Positions 1-10,471 of a stretch of DNA of 64,000 nucleotides are shown piece by piece. Position 1 is the first letter of the stretch, and each line of letters begins with the position of its first letter. The notes below the pieces were generated by a model. That model saw only the letters and a program-made list of their open reading frames with translations. It did no database searches and was not told the origin of the DNA. The DNA comes from Bacteroidota bacterium (GTDB lineage Bacteria > Bacteroidota > Bacteroidia > Flavobacteriales > Flavobacteriaceae), in assembly GCA_018267095.1 (NCBI GenBank), contig JAFDZC010000017.1, forward strand, positions 142,431 to 206,430, written 5' to 3'. The translations under genes were made by a program, and so were the position numbers.

Positions 1-8
1 TCTATTCT

Positions 9-428
9 TTACGGTATTCTGGTCATGACTTCAATATCTGTAACATCCTCGCTCACAAACTTGACTTTTAGTTTTGTAGCAGTGAGTTCGAGGATTTCTC
101 CACTAAAAGCGGGCTCGCCCGGATAGGTTATAGACACAGTATTGTTGCTTCTGCTGATGGTGCCGGTTTTAAGTGTTTCTGAACAGTCTGTGTCGTATTC
201 ATGACTTTTGATCACATTGGTTGAAAGGATTTCGATGTAATCTTTGGTACAGCCCGCGCTGTGCTCATAGTCCGTTAATACTTCTTCGTTGTCAACAAGC
301 GTACCGGTTTGGCTATACTGCCATTTGCCCGCTAAGGCAGCTGATTGCTTTGATGAACTGTCGCTGCTGCATGAAGTGATGCCGAAAATAAATACAACTA
401 GGATAGAAATGCTTTTTAGTTTGTTCAT
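9..428 (-). CDS. Lipocalin-like domain lipoprotein
   Basis: Lipobox ITSC after a hydrophobic stretch; GKWQY lipocalin-like motif; start placed at the second Met (MNKLK). Confidence 0.6.
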   Translation of the reverse strand: MNKLKSISILVVFIFGITSCSSDSSSKQSAALAGKWQYSQTGTLVDNEEVLTDYEHSAGCTKDYIEILSTNVIKSHEYDTDCSETLKTGTISRSNNTVSITYPGEPAFSGEILELTATKLKVKFVSEDVTDIEVMTRIP

Positions 429-571
429 GATTTTGGTCTTATGGTTTGTACTTTTCAAATTGATTACACGGCCGCAATGATTGTGCGCTTTTCTAAAATT
501 GAATGCAGTGTTCCGTATGTTGGCTAAGATAAGCGGTTTTGTTTAAGGAGTGCTTTTTTATTTTATGCTAG

Positions 572-1123
572 CTATTCAATATCATCAATAAAGTTATAAT
601 CCTGCACAAAATGCCCGTCTTTAAAGTATAGATATCTGTTTTCATTAGATGATTTAGCGCCCAAATCATAGATGAATTTGCCTAGATAATAGCTCGTTAG
701 GTCTGAGTGATAATACTGCGTGTCAATGCCCAAAATAGGGCGGTTGATGCGGTAGTCTACCTCCATTTGCTGGTTGTCGTAATACTCGGCCACAATAAAG
801 AGTTCGATTTTTTTGGCCGTGCATTTTTGTTGCAATAATTCAGGCGGAAAGCAGATTTTACTGTGGCACTTGGGGCTCCAAATATAGACCAGTGCTTTGG
901 GATATAGGCTCAGGCATTTTTTGACCTCGAGCCCGTTGACCACATAAATTTTGGGCTCATTGGTTTTTTGCACCGCACAAACCGAGGGTATTTGACCCGG
1001 CGCTACATAAAGCGATGGCTTTTGTTTTTGCATTTTGTGGTAATAACTGTATAAACCCGCCAGATTGCCTTTGATGGCGCAGGAATTCAACAACAAAATC
1101 AAGAATAAATAATAGCATTTCAT
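572..1123 (-). CDS. Hypothetical lipoprotein, possible thioredoxin-like fold
   Basis: MKCYY...LLNSC lipobox; WSPKCHSKIC motif; co-oriented with neighbours. Confidence 0.5.
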   Translation of the reverse strand: MKCYYLFLILLLNSCAIKGNLAGLYSYYHKMQKQKPSLYVAPGQIPSVCAVQKTNEPKIYVVNGLEVKKCLSLYPKALVYIWSPKCHSKICFPPELLQQKCTAKKIELFIVAEYYDNQQMEVDYRINRPILGIDTQYYHSDLTSYYLGKFIYDLGAKSSNENRYLYFKDGHFVQDYNFIDDIE

Positions 1124-1180
1124 AGGCTGGGAGGAAAGTACAAAAAAAGGTAGCATTTGTACAAATCCTACCTTTTGTTT

Positions 1181-1645
1181 TTATTTAGTGATTTTCATTC
1201 TTAGAATGTAGCCGCCATATCTGCCAACGCTTGGATTAAATTCATACATTCCTTTATACAAAATGGCATTGGGTTTTATAATGTCTGAATCTACTGCAAA
1301 AGGCAATTTCCAATTAATGGCTTCAATTTGCTGATCTTCTGTAGGCTCTAGTTCAATGGTCATGGTTCCTTCACCCGTTTGATCATCATAAAGCACTTTG
1401 CCTTTATGTTTGCTGGGTCTATCGGCTACGTCACAGTTCCAACAGCTATCAAAGTTACACAATCCCCAACCACCGCAATTGGCACTTTTATGTCCCCATT
1501 CTTCCCAGGTTGCATAAAATAGCCACCATTTGTTGGTAGTTGTATTGGTTTTGTTGGTTGGTGTATCAGCGTTTTCTTTTTCACAAGACACCAAACACAG
1601 GCAAACACATAAAGTTGCTGTGACGCTCAAAAATAATTTTTTCAT
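1181..1645 (-). CDS. Cys/Trp-rich hypothetical lipoprotein
   Basis: LVSC lipobox; WEEWGHKSANCGGWGLCNFDSCWNC motif. Confidence 0.6.
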   Translation of the reverse strand: MKKLFLSVTATLCVCLCLVSCEKENADTPTNKTNTTTNKWWLFYATWEEWGHKSANCGGWGLCNFDSCWNCDVADRPSKHKGKVLYDDQTGEGTMTIELEPTEDQQIEAINWKLPFAVDSDIIKPNAILYKGMYEFNPSVGRYGGYILRMKITK

Positions 1646-1882
1646 GGCTTAAAAATACTTCCCCTTTTGTGGCATGGATTCCATAGGACGATAGCTTTAG
1701 GTACTGTTTTTAGGTTCATGTACCGCCCTTGATGTGCACGATTATAATCTTTGTCAAAGTTACGTACCGATTAATTCTTGCAGGGTAGTTTTTCTTCATC
1801 TTGTGTTAAAAGTCAAAGGTTGGTTGCGCAGTTTGAATACTATAAAAGGCCTTTGCGTGAACTCTGTGATCATCAGTTCCCT

Positions 1883-2080
1883 TCACCCCCGCATCCATTT
1901 GCTCGCTTGCTCTACATCAATCCTCAGGTAGTTGCACACCTCTACGACGGTGAGCGGGATGTCTTGGCTTTTGTTGTAATAGGCGTAGATTTTTTTCATC
2001 AACCCGCGGGCATATTTATCGCTTTTTCCGGTGAGCTGACAGATGTCTTTGGTGTAAATAACAATTCGGTGCATAGGCAT
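1883..2080 (-). CDS. Small HTH-like protein, divergent from DUF6266
   Basis: 65 aa; IYTKDICQLTGKSDKYAR resembles an HTH; this divergent pairing with DUF6266 is common in Bacteroidetes. Confidence 0.55.
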   Translation of the reverse strand: MPMHRIVIYTKDICQLTGKSDKYARGLMKKIYAYYNKSQDIPLTVVEVCNYLRIDVEQASKWMRG

Positions 2081-2502
2081 TGGTTTTGGCTGTAAAACAA
2101 TCCGAAGCAGGCTATTGAGGCAGTGGGGCCGATCAAGGGCAAAAGGGTGGTGGAGTTATTTATTTTCAAAGAGCGTGCCAAAAATCATGCTCACTACTTT
2201 AAGGCACAGTCAAGGCAGCATCCTAGCAGCATGCACCGTAAAAATGCGTCTTGGCAGCGGTTTTCTCGAACAACGCTGCTACAATTCTGCCGGATTGTTG
2301 ATAAAAAAGTGGTCAAAAGCGGTCAAAAGCGGAACTTTTCGCCCTTTTATGACCTTTTTAACACCTTTTGCGGTTGTTTTCGGTCATTTTCGGTCGTTTG
2401 CACCCTGGGGGTTGCAAGCCCTAAAAACCCGTTTTACTTTTGGATTGTGATTGAGCTGCAGATCATTCATCAACAGAATGTTAAACTTTAAAACTATGTA
2501 AG

Positions 2503-3144
2503 ATGGCTAGAATTAGCAAAGGAATCCTCGGAGGATTCTCAGGTAAAGTAGGAACCGTAGTAGGTTTCAATTGGAGAGGCATCGACGTGATGCGCAGCGT
2601 TCCGAAAAAAGGGAACAGAATCCCAACCAGTAAACAAGCAGAGGTACAAGCCCAGTTTACGTTGACCGCTCATTTTTTGAACCCGATCAAACCGATTCTT
2701 TCGGATTATTTTGGGCAACCGTCGGCTGAAAAGTCGCGTTACAACTTGGCTTTTGCCTACCACAACCGCGAGGCAATCATCGGTACGTATCCGGATTATG
2801 AAATTGATTATCCCAAAGTAATCATCACCAAAGGCGAGCTTTTGGGCTTACAACAACCGCTGGTAACGGCCGATGCGGGGGCGGTGCTCAATTTTGGTTG
2901 GAATGACAACTCAGGCGAAGGCGAGGCCAAAACCACCGACCAGGTTCTGGTGGTGGTGTTTAACCCGGCGCGTGAACTGTTTGCCTATAGCACCCAAGTG
3001 GCCACGCGTGTTGACAGAACCTATCTGTATGACTTGCCCGACAATTGGGTGGGCGATACGGTACACGTTTGGATCAGTGTGGCAGATGCCGAAGGCAAAA
3101 AATGCGCTAGTAGCCTATATCTGGGCGCTGTAGTGCTGGTGTAG
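2503..3144 (+). CDS. DUF6266 family protein
   Basis: Characteristic N-terminus MARISKGILGGFSGKVGTVVG and C-terminal S.S.YLG. Confidence 0.8.
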   Translation: MARISKGILGGFSGKVGTVVGFNWRGIDVMRSVPKKGNRIPTSKQAEVQAQFTLTAHFLNPIKPILSDYFGQPSAEKSRYNLAFAYHNREAIIGTYPDYEIDYPKVIITKGELLGLQQPLVTADAGAVLNFGWNDNSGEGEAKTTDQVLVVVFNPARELFAYSTQVATRVDRTYLYDLPDNWVGDTVHVWISVADAEGKKCASSLYLGAVVLV

Positions 3145-3320
3145 TACCCTGAATGTTGTTGGTGTCAAACGCTCAAAGGTGGAAGCTTTTGGGCGTTTTT
3201 TTTATGCGTTGTTGAGATGCTGAGTGACTGAGTTGGGAGTCGGTCGTCTGTTATGCGAATGCCTCGATTAAACTTTATAAACTTTTTGCACTTAGTAAAC
3301 TTGTAGTTGGGTTTTAAATA

Positions 3321-3349
3321 AAAAAGCGAAGAGTTAGTCTTCGCTTTTT
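3321..3349. terminator. Bidirectional intrinsic terminator
   Basis: AAAAAGCGAAGA-5 nt-TCTTCGCTTTTT between convergent DUF6266 and UvrD genes. Confidence 0.65.
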
Positions 3350-3408
3350 ATTTTTTATGCGGTTTTTAGCTTTCGTCAGAGACGCTGGCTTCAGGTGACG
3401 AAGTTGTA

Positions 3409-5550
3409 TCAAACTTTCTCGCCGCAATATGGGCATGCAATCCATAGCTTTTCTAATTGTGCGTTGCAGTTTTTACAATTGATTGCATCAGCATCGTTTA
3501 GCTTCATGGATTCGCTGGTTTTTATGGTATAGGTTTCCGGTATTTCTTTTAAAAAACTAGATTCGTTTCCTTTCTCGGTAATTAAATAAAGCTTTTCTTT
3601 TGCTCTGGTTAAGGCCACATAAAATAATCTTCGTTCTTCTTCTAACAGCAAATCGCGATTGGCGGTTTTAATGACTTGAAAGATGCGGTCTTCTAACCAA
3701 ATATCCGGGAAGCCTCCGTGTCCTTCGGTTAATCCTACAATAAAAACGGCCTTGGCTTCTAATCCTTTTGAGGCATGAATGGTTTTGCCTTGTACTTTTA
3801 TGTCCTTTTTTTTGAATTTAGAAAAGTAATTGTAAAACATTTTACTTCGTCGGTATAAAAATAAGATGTCATCGGGATGAAGACCTTCGCTGAACAGTTC
3901 ATTTACTTTTTTAAAACAGAAATCAACATTCTCTTGCTCAGTACTACCGGAATACACTACTATTTTGTGTTCTGATTTTTTGTGTGAGTGAATTGATTTT
4001 TCTATTTTGAACTTGTTGTGTTTGATGACTTCATTACTCGCGCCCACGATGTTTTGTGTACTGCGGTAATTTTGGTCTAACTTGATGATGTTTGAATTCG
4101 GAAAGTGTTTTTCAAAATCAATGATGTAATCAACATTTGAGCCTCTGAATCCATAAATACTTTGCCAATCATCCCCAACACAAAAAAGCTGTGTTTGTTC
4201 GGTGAGCATGAGTTTTATTAAATCAACTTGTAAATTATTGACATCTTGAAACTCGTCTACTAAGATGTATTGGTATTTGGCTTTGTATTTTTTTAAAATA
4301 TCGTCATGGTTTTTATATAATGAAGCGCATGTTGCTATCAGGTCATTAAAATCTAAATAAGATTTATTAACCGTATAACGCATGTACTCATCCACAATGG
4401 GTATAGCCAGTTCATAAAAGTTTCTGATTCTCTCGTGTTGGTCTTTGCGGGCTTTTTCTAAAACATCTTCGGTACTTTGATTCTCTACTTTAATCATGTC
4501 GGTGATGCGCATAATTTGCTGAACAAAGTCTTTGATGTATTCCAGATATCCGTTAAACTCTTCTTGAAAGCTCAACGATACGTTTTTATGATAATTGGCC
4601 GGAAGTCGGTTCTTGATGATTTTATCTAAAGTATGATTGAACAGAGCCGAATCATGCGTCATTGAATCATAGGTCTTGACAAACAGCAATTTTCCTTTTT
4701 CAAATTGTTTTTCTTTGTCAGCCGTCGGAAAGCTCTTATCGCTTACGTGCTCTAGGTATAGATTGGCCTCGGGGATATAAAAATCCGGGCGAAAGTCAAA
4801 GTCTATTGCTTTGAGCAAGGGCTCATATTGGTATTTAATGCTGTGGCGGTATAACCAGTCGGCAATGAATTGTTCTGATTTTGAACGAACGCGTGTACCG
4901 TCTAACGTAGTAAAGAATTTACCGTCTTTGGGTTGTAGTACATCGTTTTTAGGGATGTGAATTTTGTCTACTAAATAATCTAATACATAGCGTTTGAGCG
5001 ACAAAAGATATTGGTTGTCTTCGCATTGCTCGATGATTAGTTTATGGAAAACTTCAAAAACGGTTTCAGGCGCAATGTATTTTGACCATTCATCTTCTTC
5101 CTGTTTTTTTTCGTCTCCGATGATCTTGAACTGATTGTCAAATTGTTTGACTCCATCGGTGCGCAGCACCCCGTAACAGAAACTGTGAAAGGTTCGAATG
5201 GTGAGCGCGTCAATCCATTTGTATTTTTTTTGCTGACGGTAGCGTTCTTGGTCTTTTTCTGGTTTTGAGTAGGATTTGCTGAAAAGTATTTGTTCATAGC
5301 TGCCCGAAGTATCTGCGGCCATAATCAGGCGGTCAATCATTTCGTTGGTGGCATTTTTGGTAAAGGTAATGGCCAAAATGCTCGATGGACTGACGCCTTT
5401 TTCTTCGATTAAGTAGATAATTTTTTGCAATAGGGTTTTGGTTTTGCCCGAACCTGCTCCGGCCAATACCAATACACGGTTATCTTGACAAACTACTGCC
5501 TCTTGTTGTTTGGTGTTCAGTGAACTTAGATCTGTTTTGGGTGTGCTCAA
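3409..5550 (-). CDS. UvrD-family (helicase IV-like) SF1 helicase with inserted PD-(D/E)xK-like domain and C-terminal Zn ribbon
   Basis: AGAGSGKT, ILVDEFQD, EERRLFYVALTRAK; insert RSKSEQFIADWL..YEP..RPDFYI..LEH; CxxC..CxxC tail. Confidence 0.9.
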   Translation of the reverse strand: MSTPKTDLSSLNTKQQEAVVCQDNRVLVLAGAGSGKTKTLLQKIIYLIEEKGVSPSSILAITFTKNATNEMIDRLIMAADTSGSYEQILFSKSYSKPEKDQERYRQQKKYKWIDALTIRTFHSFCYGVLRTDGVKQFDNQFKIIGDEKKQEEDEWSKYIAPETVFEVFHKLIIEQCEDNQYLLSLKRYVLDYLVDKIHIPKNDVLQPKDGKFFTTLDGTRVRSKSEQFIADWLYRHSIKYQYEPLLKAIDFDFRPDFYIPEANLYLEHVSDKSFPTADKEKQFEKGKLLFVKTYDSMTHDSALFNHTLDKIIKNRLPANYHKNVSLSFQEEFNGYLEYIKDFVQQIMRITDMIKVENQSTEDVLEKARKDQHERIRNFYELAIPIVDEYMRYTVNKSYLDFNDLIATCASLYKNHDDILKKYKAKYQYILVDEFQDVNNLQVDLIKLMLTEQTQLFCVGDDWQSIYGFRGSNVDYIIDFEKHFPNSNIIKLDQNYRSTQNIVGASNEVIKHNKFKIEKSIHSHKKSEHKIVVYSGSTEQENVDFCFKKVNELFSEGLHPDDILFLYRRSKMFYNYFSKFKKKDIKVQGKTIHASKGLEAKAVFIVGLTEGHGGFPDIWLEDRIFQVIKTANRDLLLEEERRLFYVALTRAKEKLYLITEKGNESSFLKEIPETYTIKTSESMKLNDADAINCKNCNAQLEKLWIACPYCGEKV

Positions 5551-5569
5551 AATATCTTAATTCTAATCA

Positions 5570-6205
5570 TTACTTTCTTCCGAAATCTGCTGGGTTCTCA
5601 CCCCAGTATTTGGTTTCCCATTTTAATACAGGGTTATCGTATTCATTGTTTTGTAGCCATTTTTCGGCTCTGGCTAGTAGATTAAACAGCTTTATATTTT
5701 TGTCACTTGGCGGATAAATATTCTTAGCCTTAACGTTTTGTACCCAACCCATAGCAATCGTGCTTTCTGAATATATAGGCAGAATTTCATACATTTCTTT
5801 GCAATAAGCCAAAGCATGTACAATAGCTAAGAATTCAACGATGTTGTTTGTGCCATCTTCAAACGGCCCTTGATGAAACAATACTTCACCGGTTTTTAAA
5901 AACAGCCCTTGATATTCTGCTAGACCTGTTGTGTTGTCTCGCGCCCCTTTGACTACGATACTGTTAATCCTTGGCGTACCTAACCTGAATAATTTTTCTT
6001 CAGATAATTGGCTTGCCAGGCTTTCCTTGCCTACATAATATGAACTGTCACTGGCAAAAGCCATTTCAGCCAAGGCTTTGGTTGAAAATGATTTGTACAC
6101 AGGAGCAGGGAAACCGTCTATTAATTCCTTGCACGCTTCCCAAGTATCAAAGATTCCGGTTTCACGGCCATGCCATACTACGTAATATTTGGGTTTGTTG
6201 GACAT
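5570..6205 (-). CDS. RNase H1-like protein (viroplasmin/hybrid-binding N-domain), catalytic Asp residues substituted
   Basis: KYYVVWHGRETGIF N-domain; GPFEDGTNNIVEF and WGENPADFGRK; VKGA in place of VDAA and YSES in place of YSDS. Confidence 0.85.
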   Translation of the reverse strand: MSNKPKYYVVWHGRETGIFDTWEACKELIDGFPAPVYKSFSTKALAEMAFASDSSYYVGKESLASQLSEEKLFRLGTPRINSIVVKGARDNTTGLAEYQGLFLKTGEVLFHQGPFEDGTNNIVEFLAIVHALAYCKEMYEILPIYSESTIAMGWVQNVKAKNIYPPSDKNIKLFNLLARAEKWLQNNEYDNPVLKWETKYWGENPADFGRK

Positions 6206-7995
6206 TACAACGAAAAATAATATTCTTTAATTTTTTGCGCCATTAATTTACGACGCATAACCAAAAAGTCATTGTAGTCGTCAATTGTCATGGTCATTAT
6301 TTCTTCGGGAACACAATTGGCCTTTAGATTATCTAACAATTCTTGATGGGTTGATAATCCACTAACCAATCTGTTATCCTGATTCATTTGTGAAACTATC
6401 AATTCAAAATATTCTTTAGGTGGTTTATTGCCTACCTTGATATTAATTTCTGACTGCATGAACACATAATTGGCAATCTGATTGTATTTTCCTCTTTCTA
6501 ACCCGTTCTTTTTTAGGAAGTCTCTCGGGAATAAGTGGTGTATGTCGCCTCTTAGTGAGATTAAGTCACTCACTAATACATCTTTCGATAAAAATCCTCT
6601 GTCATTTGCTTTTACTTGCGAAGCTAAAAATACATTGAAATATGGACTACTAGCAACTGAAGTATCTAAACTTTGCGGTAATGAGGCATTCCAGAAAGCT
6701 TCTGATAATTCTCCTTCTTCTTTCTCTTTTAAATATTCTTCAAAGGGACGGTTGTGAATTTGTTTAATATCGAAGTCAAACACCGATTCTGGCGAACCTG
6801 AATAACGACCGGTGAGTACTGAGAATACAAACCAGCGTTTCACATGACTTTCAATGGCTACGGAATTAACACCAAGCTCTCGTAATTTGAGATATAGAAT
6901 GTAAGCAAAGTTAAGTGCATTTTGAGAACGAATTAATTTAGGAGAAATAAAACCGGCCGATTTGATAATCATTAAGAAGCGCTTAAAGTTGGTTTCATTC
7001 ATAAAATTCATGACCCCCAACTTTAGTTTATCAAATGATTGTTCGGCTATGGCATCTTCAAAAGTTCGAGTTTCAAAGTTTCGACCTGAGAGCAAGCTAA
7101 CCAAGTCAGATAATCGACCACGGTTAAATTGTGATGTAAAGGCCACACGAATCAAATCAGTATATTCTGGGTCGTACAAATCTTCGTTTTCAGATTTTAA
7201 CCATTGCATTTTGCTGAAGAATTCAGTTGCTGCAAATTCTTGGTCATTGTCTACGATATGTTTGTAAAATTCCGGTGAAATGGCCAAATGGCAAAAGTAA
7301 TCGATGGCTTTGCGCAAGGTATTGCCTTGGTATTCGGTATTAGATGCTATTTTGCTCATCGCAAAATCAGCCTGACTTAGAACCACTCCTTTTGAGTTGA
7401 TACGAATAAAAATTTCGGTGACCGTTTCGATATCTAAATCGTGCGCCAATTCGATTATTCCAATTTGCTTTTTAGGAATGTTGATGAGGTTGGTAAACGC
7501 TTTTTCAACTTGGTCTTCATCTGCCTCAGGATTATAGGTTAAATAATGACGAACCAATTTCAAAATGCTTATTTCTCCACTAATTGCTTCAGAGATATTT
7601 GGAATCCAGCTGTTGTCTTTTAAAATAGCCGGGTTTTGCACTTCAAACTTCTCAGAGATAGGGTTGAAGGCTATTTTTATTTTTACCCTTTGGTAGGTTT
7701 TGTCAATTACATATTCACCCAGTAGGGCAGCGGTTAAGGCTGTTACTCTTTGTTGCCCATCAATCAATATTTTTTTGCCCTCACTCAAACTGCCGTCTTT
7801 CAGTCTGACATTCGGATTGCGCCATGCAATTACATAACCTACAGGAAAGCCTTGATACAAGCTATCCATCAAGTCTCTTACTTTCGAGCTATCCCATACA
7901 AACGGGCGTTGGATTTCTGGTATGGCAATTTCGCCTGACTTTACCCAGGTTAAAAGGGTTTCAATTAAGTGTTGGTTGACGGAGTATTTTTGCAT
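6205..7995 (-). CDS. GmrSD-type (DUF262 + HNH-like C-terminus) modification-dependent restriction endonuclease
   Basis: [25 protein letters not shown]; C-terminal DIHHLFP..NQIAN. Confidence 0.85.
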   Translation of the reverse strand: MQKYSVNQHLIETLLTWVKSGEIAIPEIQRPFVWDSSKVRDLMDSLYQGFPVGYVIAWRNPNVRLKDGSLSEGKKILIDGQQRVTALTAALLGEYVIDKTYQRVKIKIAFNPISEKFEVQNPAILKDNSWIPNISEAISGEISILKLVRHYLTYNPEADEDQVEKAFTNLINIPKKQIGIIELAHDLDIETVTEIFIRINSKGVVLSQADFAMSKIASNTEYQGNTLRKAIDYFCHLAISPEFYKHIVDNDQEFAATEFFSKMQWLKSENEDLYDPEYTDLIRVAFTSQFNRGRLSDLVSLLSGRNFETRTFEDAIAEQSFDKLKLGVMNFMNETNFKRFLMIIKSAGFISPKLIRSQNALNFAYILYLKLRELGVNSVAIESHVKRWFVFSVLTGRYSGSPESVFDFDIKQIHNRPFEEYLKEKEEGELSEAFWNASLPQSLDTSVASSPYFNVFLASQVKANDRGFLSKDVLVSDLISLRGDIHHLFPRDFLKKNGLERGKYNQIANYVFMQSEINIKVGNKPPKEYFELIVSQMNQDNRLVSGLSTHQELLDNLKANCVPEEIMTMTIDDYNDFLVMRRKLMAQKIKEYYFSL

Positions 7996-7998
7996 GGT

Positions 7999-8244
7999 TT
8001 ACTTGGTATTGATTTTTATTTTGTCTTCATCTGTTTGTGTAAACAAATAAGAATATTTTCCTTTTGATTTTGTACTTCTCAACATCACTTGCACGGCTAA
8101 GTCAATATTTTCTTTTCGGTTTGGATAAAGATTATTCTTTTCAATGTAAGTGGCTATTTCATCAAAAGAAGCCGTAAACGTTTCTTTATTGATGTTAATC
8201 AATGCTATAACAATTGCCTCGTGTAATGATAATAGATTTTTCAT
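7999..8244 (-). CDS. Small hypothetical, possible winged HTH
   Basis: Start at MKNLLSLHEA; helical pattern; tightly packed in the operon. Confidence 0.5.
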   Translation of the reverse strand: MKNLLSLHEAIVIALININKETFTASFDEIATYIEKNNLYPNRKENIDLAVQVMLRSTKSKGKYSYLFTQTDEDKIKINTK

Positions 8245-8248
8245 GGGG

Positions 8249-8497
8249 TTAATTGTTTTCACTACCCAACCACCCGGCAACTCTTGCTAGTTCCATCAAC
8301 TCATTAATCGAGTTTATGTCTGGAATTCTAGCTTGACCTCTTGCCGCTTGTAAACTTCCATCAGGTCTTCTCCAAATAAAACGATAACCATATTCACTAC
8401 CACCATCATCATAAATATACTCACACCATTGAAAAAATAATTGCCAATCATTTGGTTCGTCAGCGGAAACTTCATTGATAATTCTTACTCTTGCCAT
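8249..8497 (-). CDS. Small hypothetical protein (82 aa)
   Basis: Aromatic-rich QWCEYIY..GYRFIWRRPDGSLQAARGQARIP; in the operon. Confidence 0.6.
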   Translation of the reverse strand: MARVRIINEVSADEPNDWQLFFQWCEYIYDDGGSEYGYRFIWRRPDGSLQAARGQARIPDINSINELMELARVAGWLGSENN

Positions 8498-8512
8498 ATT
8501 TTAAATATTTAT

Positions 8513-9121
8513 TTAATATCTCCCTAATATCGGTTTTAATTCTCTTGCTAAATCCAGTTCAAGTATTGAAATCAAATCTTCCATTTCTCTTTCAAACACC
8601 ATATAGTTCAATTTTAATGGGGGCATTCCTTCTTGTACTTTGTACCAATGGTATAATTGTAATCCTGCTGTTTGTGAGCTTTTGTGATAACCTAAATGGG
8701 TAATTAGCCGTCCCCAGAATCCTGTTTTGACTTTACCAACATACAATGTCCTAGAATTTATATCAAAATCTTTTTTATAGGATGAAATGGCGCGGTTTGT
8801 TTTTTTGACTAAGTATTCTGTATACAATTGCCTCACCGCGTTAGCATTTATCTTGGTCTCGTCAATCTCGAACCAATACAAGACGGGGTTTTTGATTTGT
8901 TTTAACTGGTCAAAAACATCTTTTAGTTGAGCTGATTCTCTAATGTCATTATCAAAATAAAGTTTATTAAAATAAGTACCGTTGATATGTAAAGAGTTTA
9001 CTTCTCTATTAATAGATGAACAGGACTTTAAAATCGCAATTGAATTTTCTATACGCGTATTTAAGAAACTGGTAATCATTTTTTGATTTAAATTGAAATA
9101 TTTATGTAGTCTATAATCCAC
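8513..9121 (-). CDS. GIY-YIG-like nuclease
   Basis: VLYWF...LYVGK...RLITHLG...E..L...LKP.LG pattern. Confidence 0.6.
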   Translation of the reverse strand: MDYRLHKYFNLNQKMITSFLNTRIENSIAILKSCSSINREVNSLHINGTYFNKLYFDNDIRESAQLKDVFDQLKQIKNPVLYWFEIDETKINANAVRQLYTEYLVKKTNRAISSYKKDFDINSRTLYVGKVKTGFWGRLITHLGYHKSSQTAGLQLYHWYKVQEGMPPLKLNYMVFEREMEDLISILELDLARELKPILGRY

Positions 9122-10421
9122 TTTTGATACCTATTAATTCGAATAGAGGGTCATTTTCCCTTCTTCCTTTTTCATATCTAAAGTTTAAGTATTCTTCTAC
9201 AAATACCTTAGAAGGCAAAAATTCATCAATAATCATTTGTTCGTTAATATTATGTATCATTCTAAAATCAGTAAAAAAATAATTTCCTTGTTTGTTTTTC
9301 CTTTTTTCCAAATCTTTTTGCTCCCAATCGTTACCAAAACCCGCGATCCAATTATAGTAAAGTAAAATCTGCTCATGATTAGAAAGCATAGAACGAAGGA
9401 TTCTTAAATAATCCCTTTTTGATTCATACGTAATAGATTTTTCATCCTGTTTTACGACAAACTTTACTGTTTGAAATAAATGTCTGTAATAGTGTGCTAA
9501 TTTTGATTGATGGCCCGAAAAGGGTTTATAATTGAAGCTTAAATTTAAGTTTTTTGATCTGAAATTATTTGCTAAAATACTCCCAGAATTATAGTATTGG
9601 TTATATTGCTTAATGCCTAGATTTGAATGGGCATTTCTCTTATCTTTTATTTCAGTAACAAAATCCTTTAAGACTAATCTTAAAAATCCTGTTTCATCAT
9701 CATTCATGTATCTATCGATATTTTTTTCGTACAAGGAAATTCCGCTAAAAAAAACATAATATGAATGGTCTATGATAAACTGTTCGAGTTGTTGTTCGAC
9801 GTTTTTTTTTGAAGGTGATAAGAATTGATTATACTTAAATTTAAACACTTTAGTTGCGATAATATGCAATGCTTCAAATTCATTTAAAAGGGTTACAAAC
9901 ATTTTTTTTCCGCTGGTAGATTTTTCGACTTTAGAATCTAAGTCAGCGCTCGAACTTTTTCCCATTGGGTATTTGTTAAACTTATAGCCCTCAATTTTCA
10001 TTTCATTGAGATTTTCTCTATGTAAATGAAGCATCTCATAAAACTGACTTTCAAATTGTTGAATTTTAAATTGGTCTTGTATCAGTTTATTCGCTTTATA
10101 TTGTGCGTAGAACGCTAATCCTCCAGCAAGAATTCCAAATAATGCTAAGATAGGATTTAAAACTCCACCTATTAAATCACCCAATGTACCAGAATAGTCT
10201 ACAACTCCGTCTTTTAAAGTAGCATTTTCTATCCGGTTATCAACTACAACTAAACCATAAGTGAGTAAAGAAAACAAAACTAAAAATGAAGCGGTCATTG
10301 ATAGTTTCAAATTAAAGTTTTCCACTTTATCGTGAAGGATATATTTACTAGTTGCTATTATGATCAGATAAAAAAAGGAAAGGATAATTGCTATGGTACA
10401 AAATAGGCTGATATAAAACAT
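9111..10421 (-). CDS. Putative phage abortive infection protein (putAbiC-like) with N-terminal TM helices
   Basis: GTLGDLIGG, QQFESQFYEML, LAHYYRHLFQ..LRSMLSNHEQILLYYN. Confidence 0.75.
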   Translation of the reverse strand: MFYISLFCTIAIILSFFYLIIIATSKYILHDKVENFNLKLSMTASFLVLFSLLTYGLVVVDNRIENATLKDGVVDYSGTLGDLIGGVLNPILALFGILAGGLAFYAQYKANKLIQDQFKIQQFESQFYEMLHLHRENLNEMKIEGYKFNKYPMGKSSSADLDSKVEKSTSGKKMFVTLLNEFEALHIIATKVFKFKYNQFLSPSKKNVEQQLEQFIIDHSYYVFFSGISLYEKNIDRYMNDDETGFLRLVLKDFVTEIKDKRNAHSNLGIKQYNQYYNSGSILANNFRSKNLNLSFNYKPFSGHQSKLAHYYRHLFQTVKFVVKQDEKSITYESKRDYLRILRSMLSNHEQILLYYNWIAGFGNDWEQKDLEKRKNKQGNYFFTDFRMIHNINEQMIIDEFLPSKVFVEEYLNFRYEKGRRENDPLFELIGIKSGL

Positions 10422-10471
10422 ATTTTAATTTATTTTAGTAAATAACTTTACAAAGTTCGCGTTTTACTTTA

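Noticed and set aside
2115-2491. Plus-strand ORFs of 111 and 122 aa
   Set aside because: No recognisable motifs; they cover the repeat-rich divergent promoter region of DUF6266.
3409-7995. Gabija system
   Set aside because: UvrD is present but there is no OLD/TOPRIM GajA partner.
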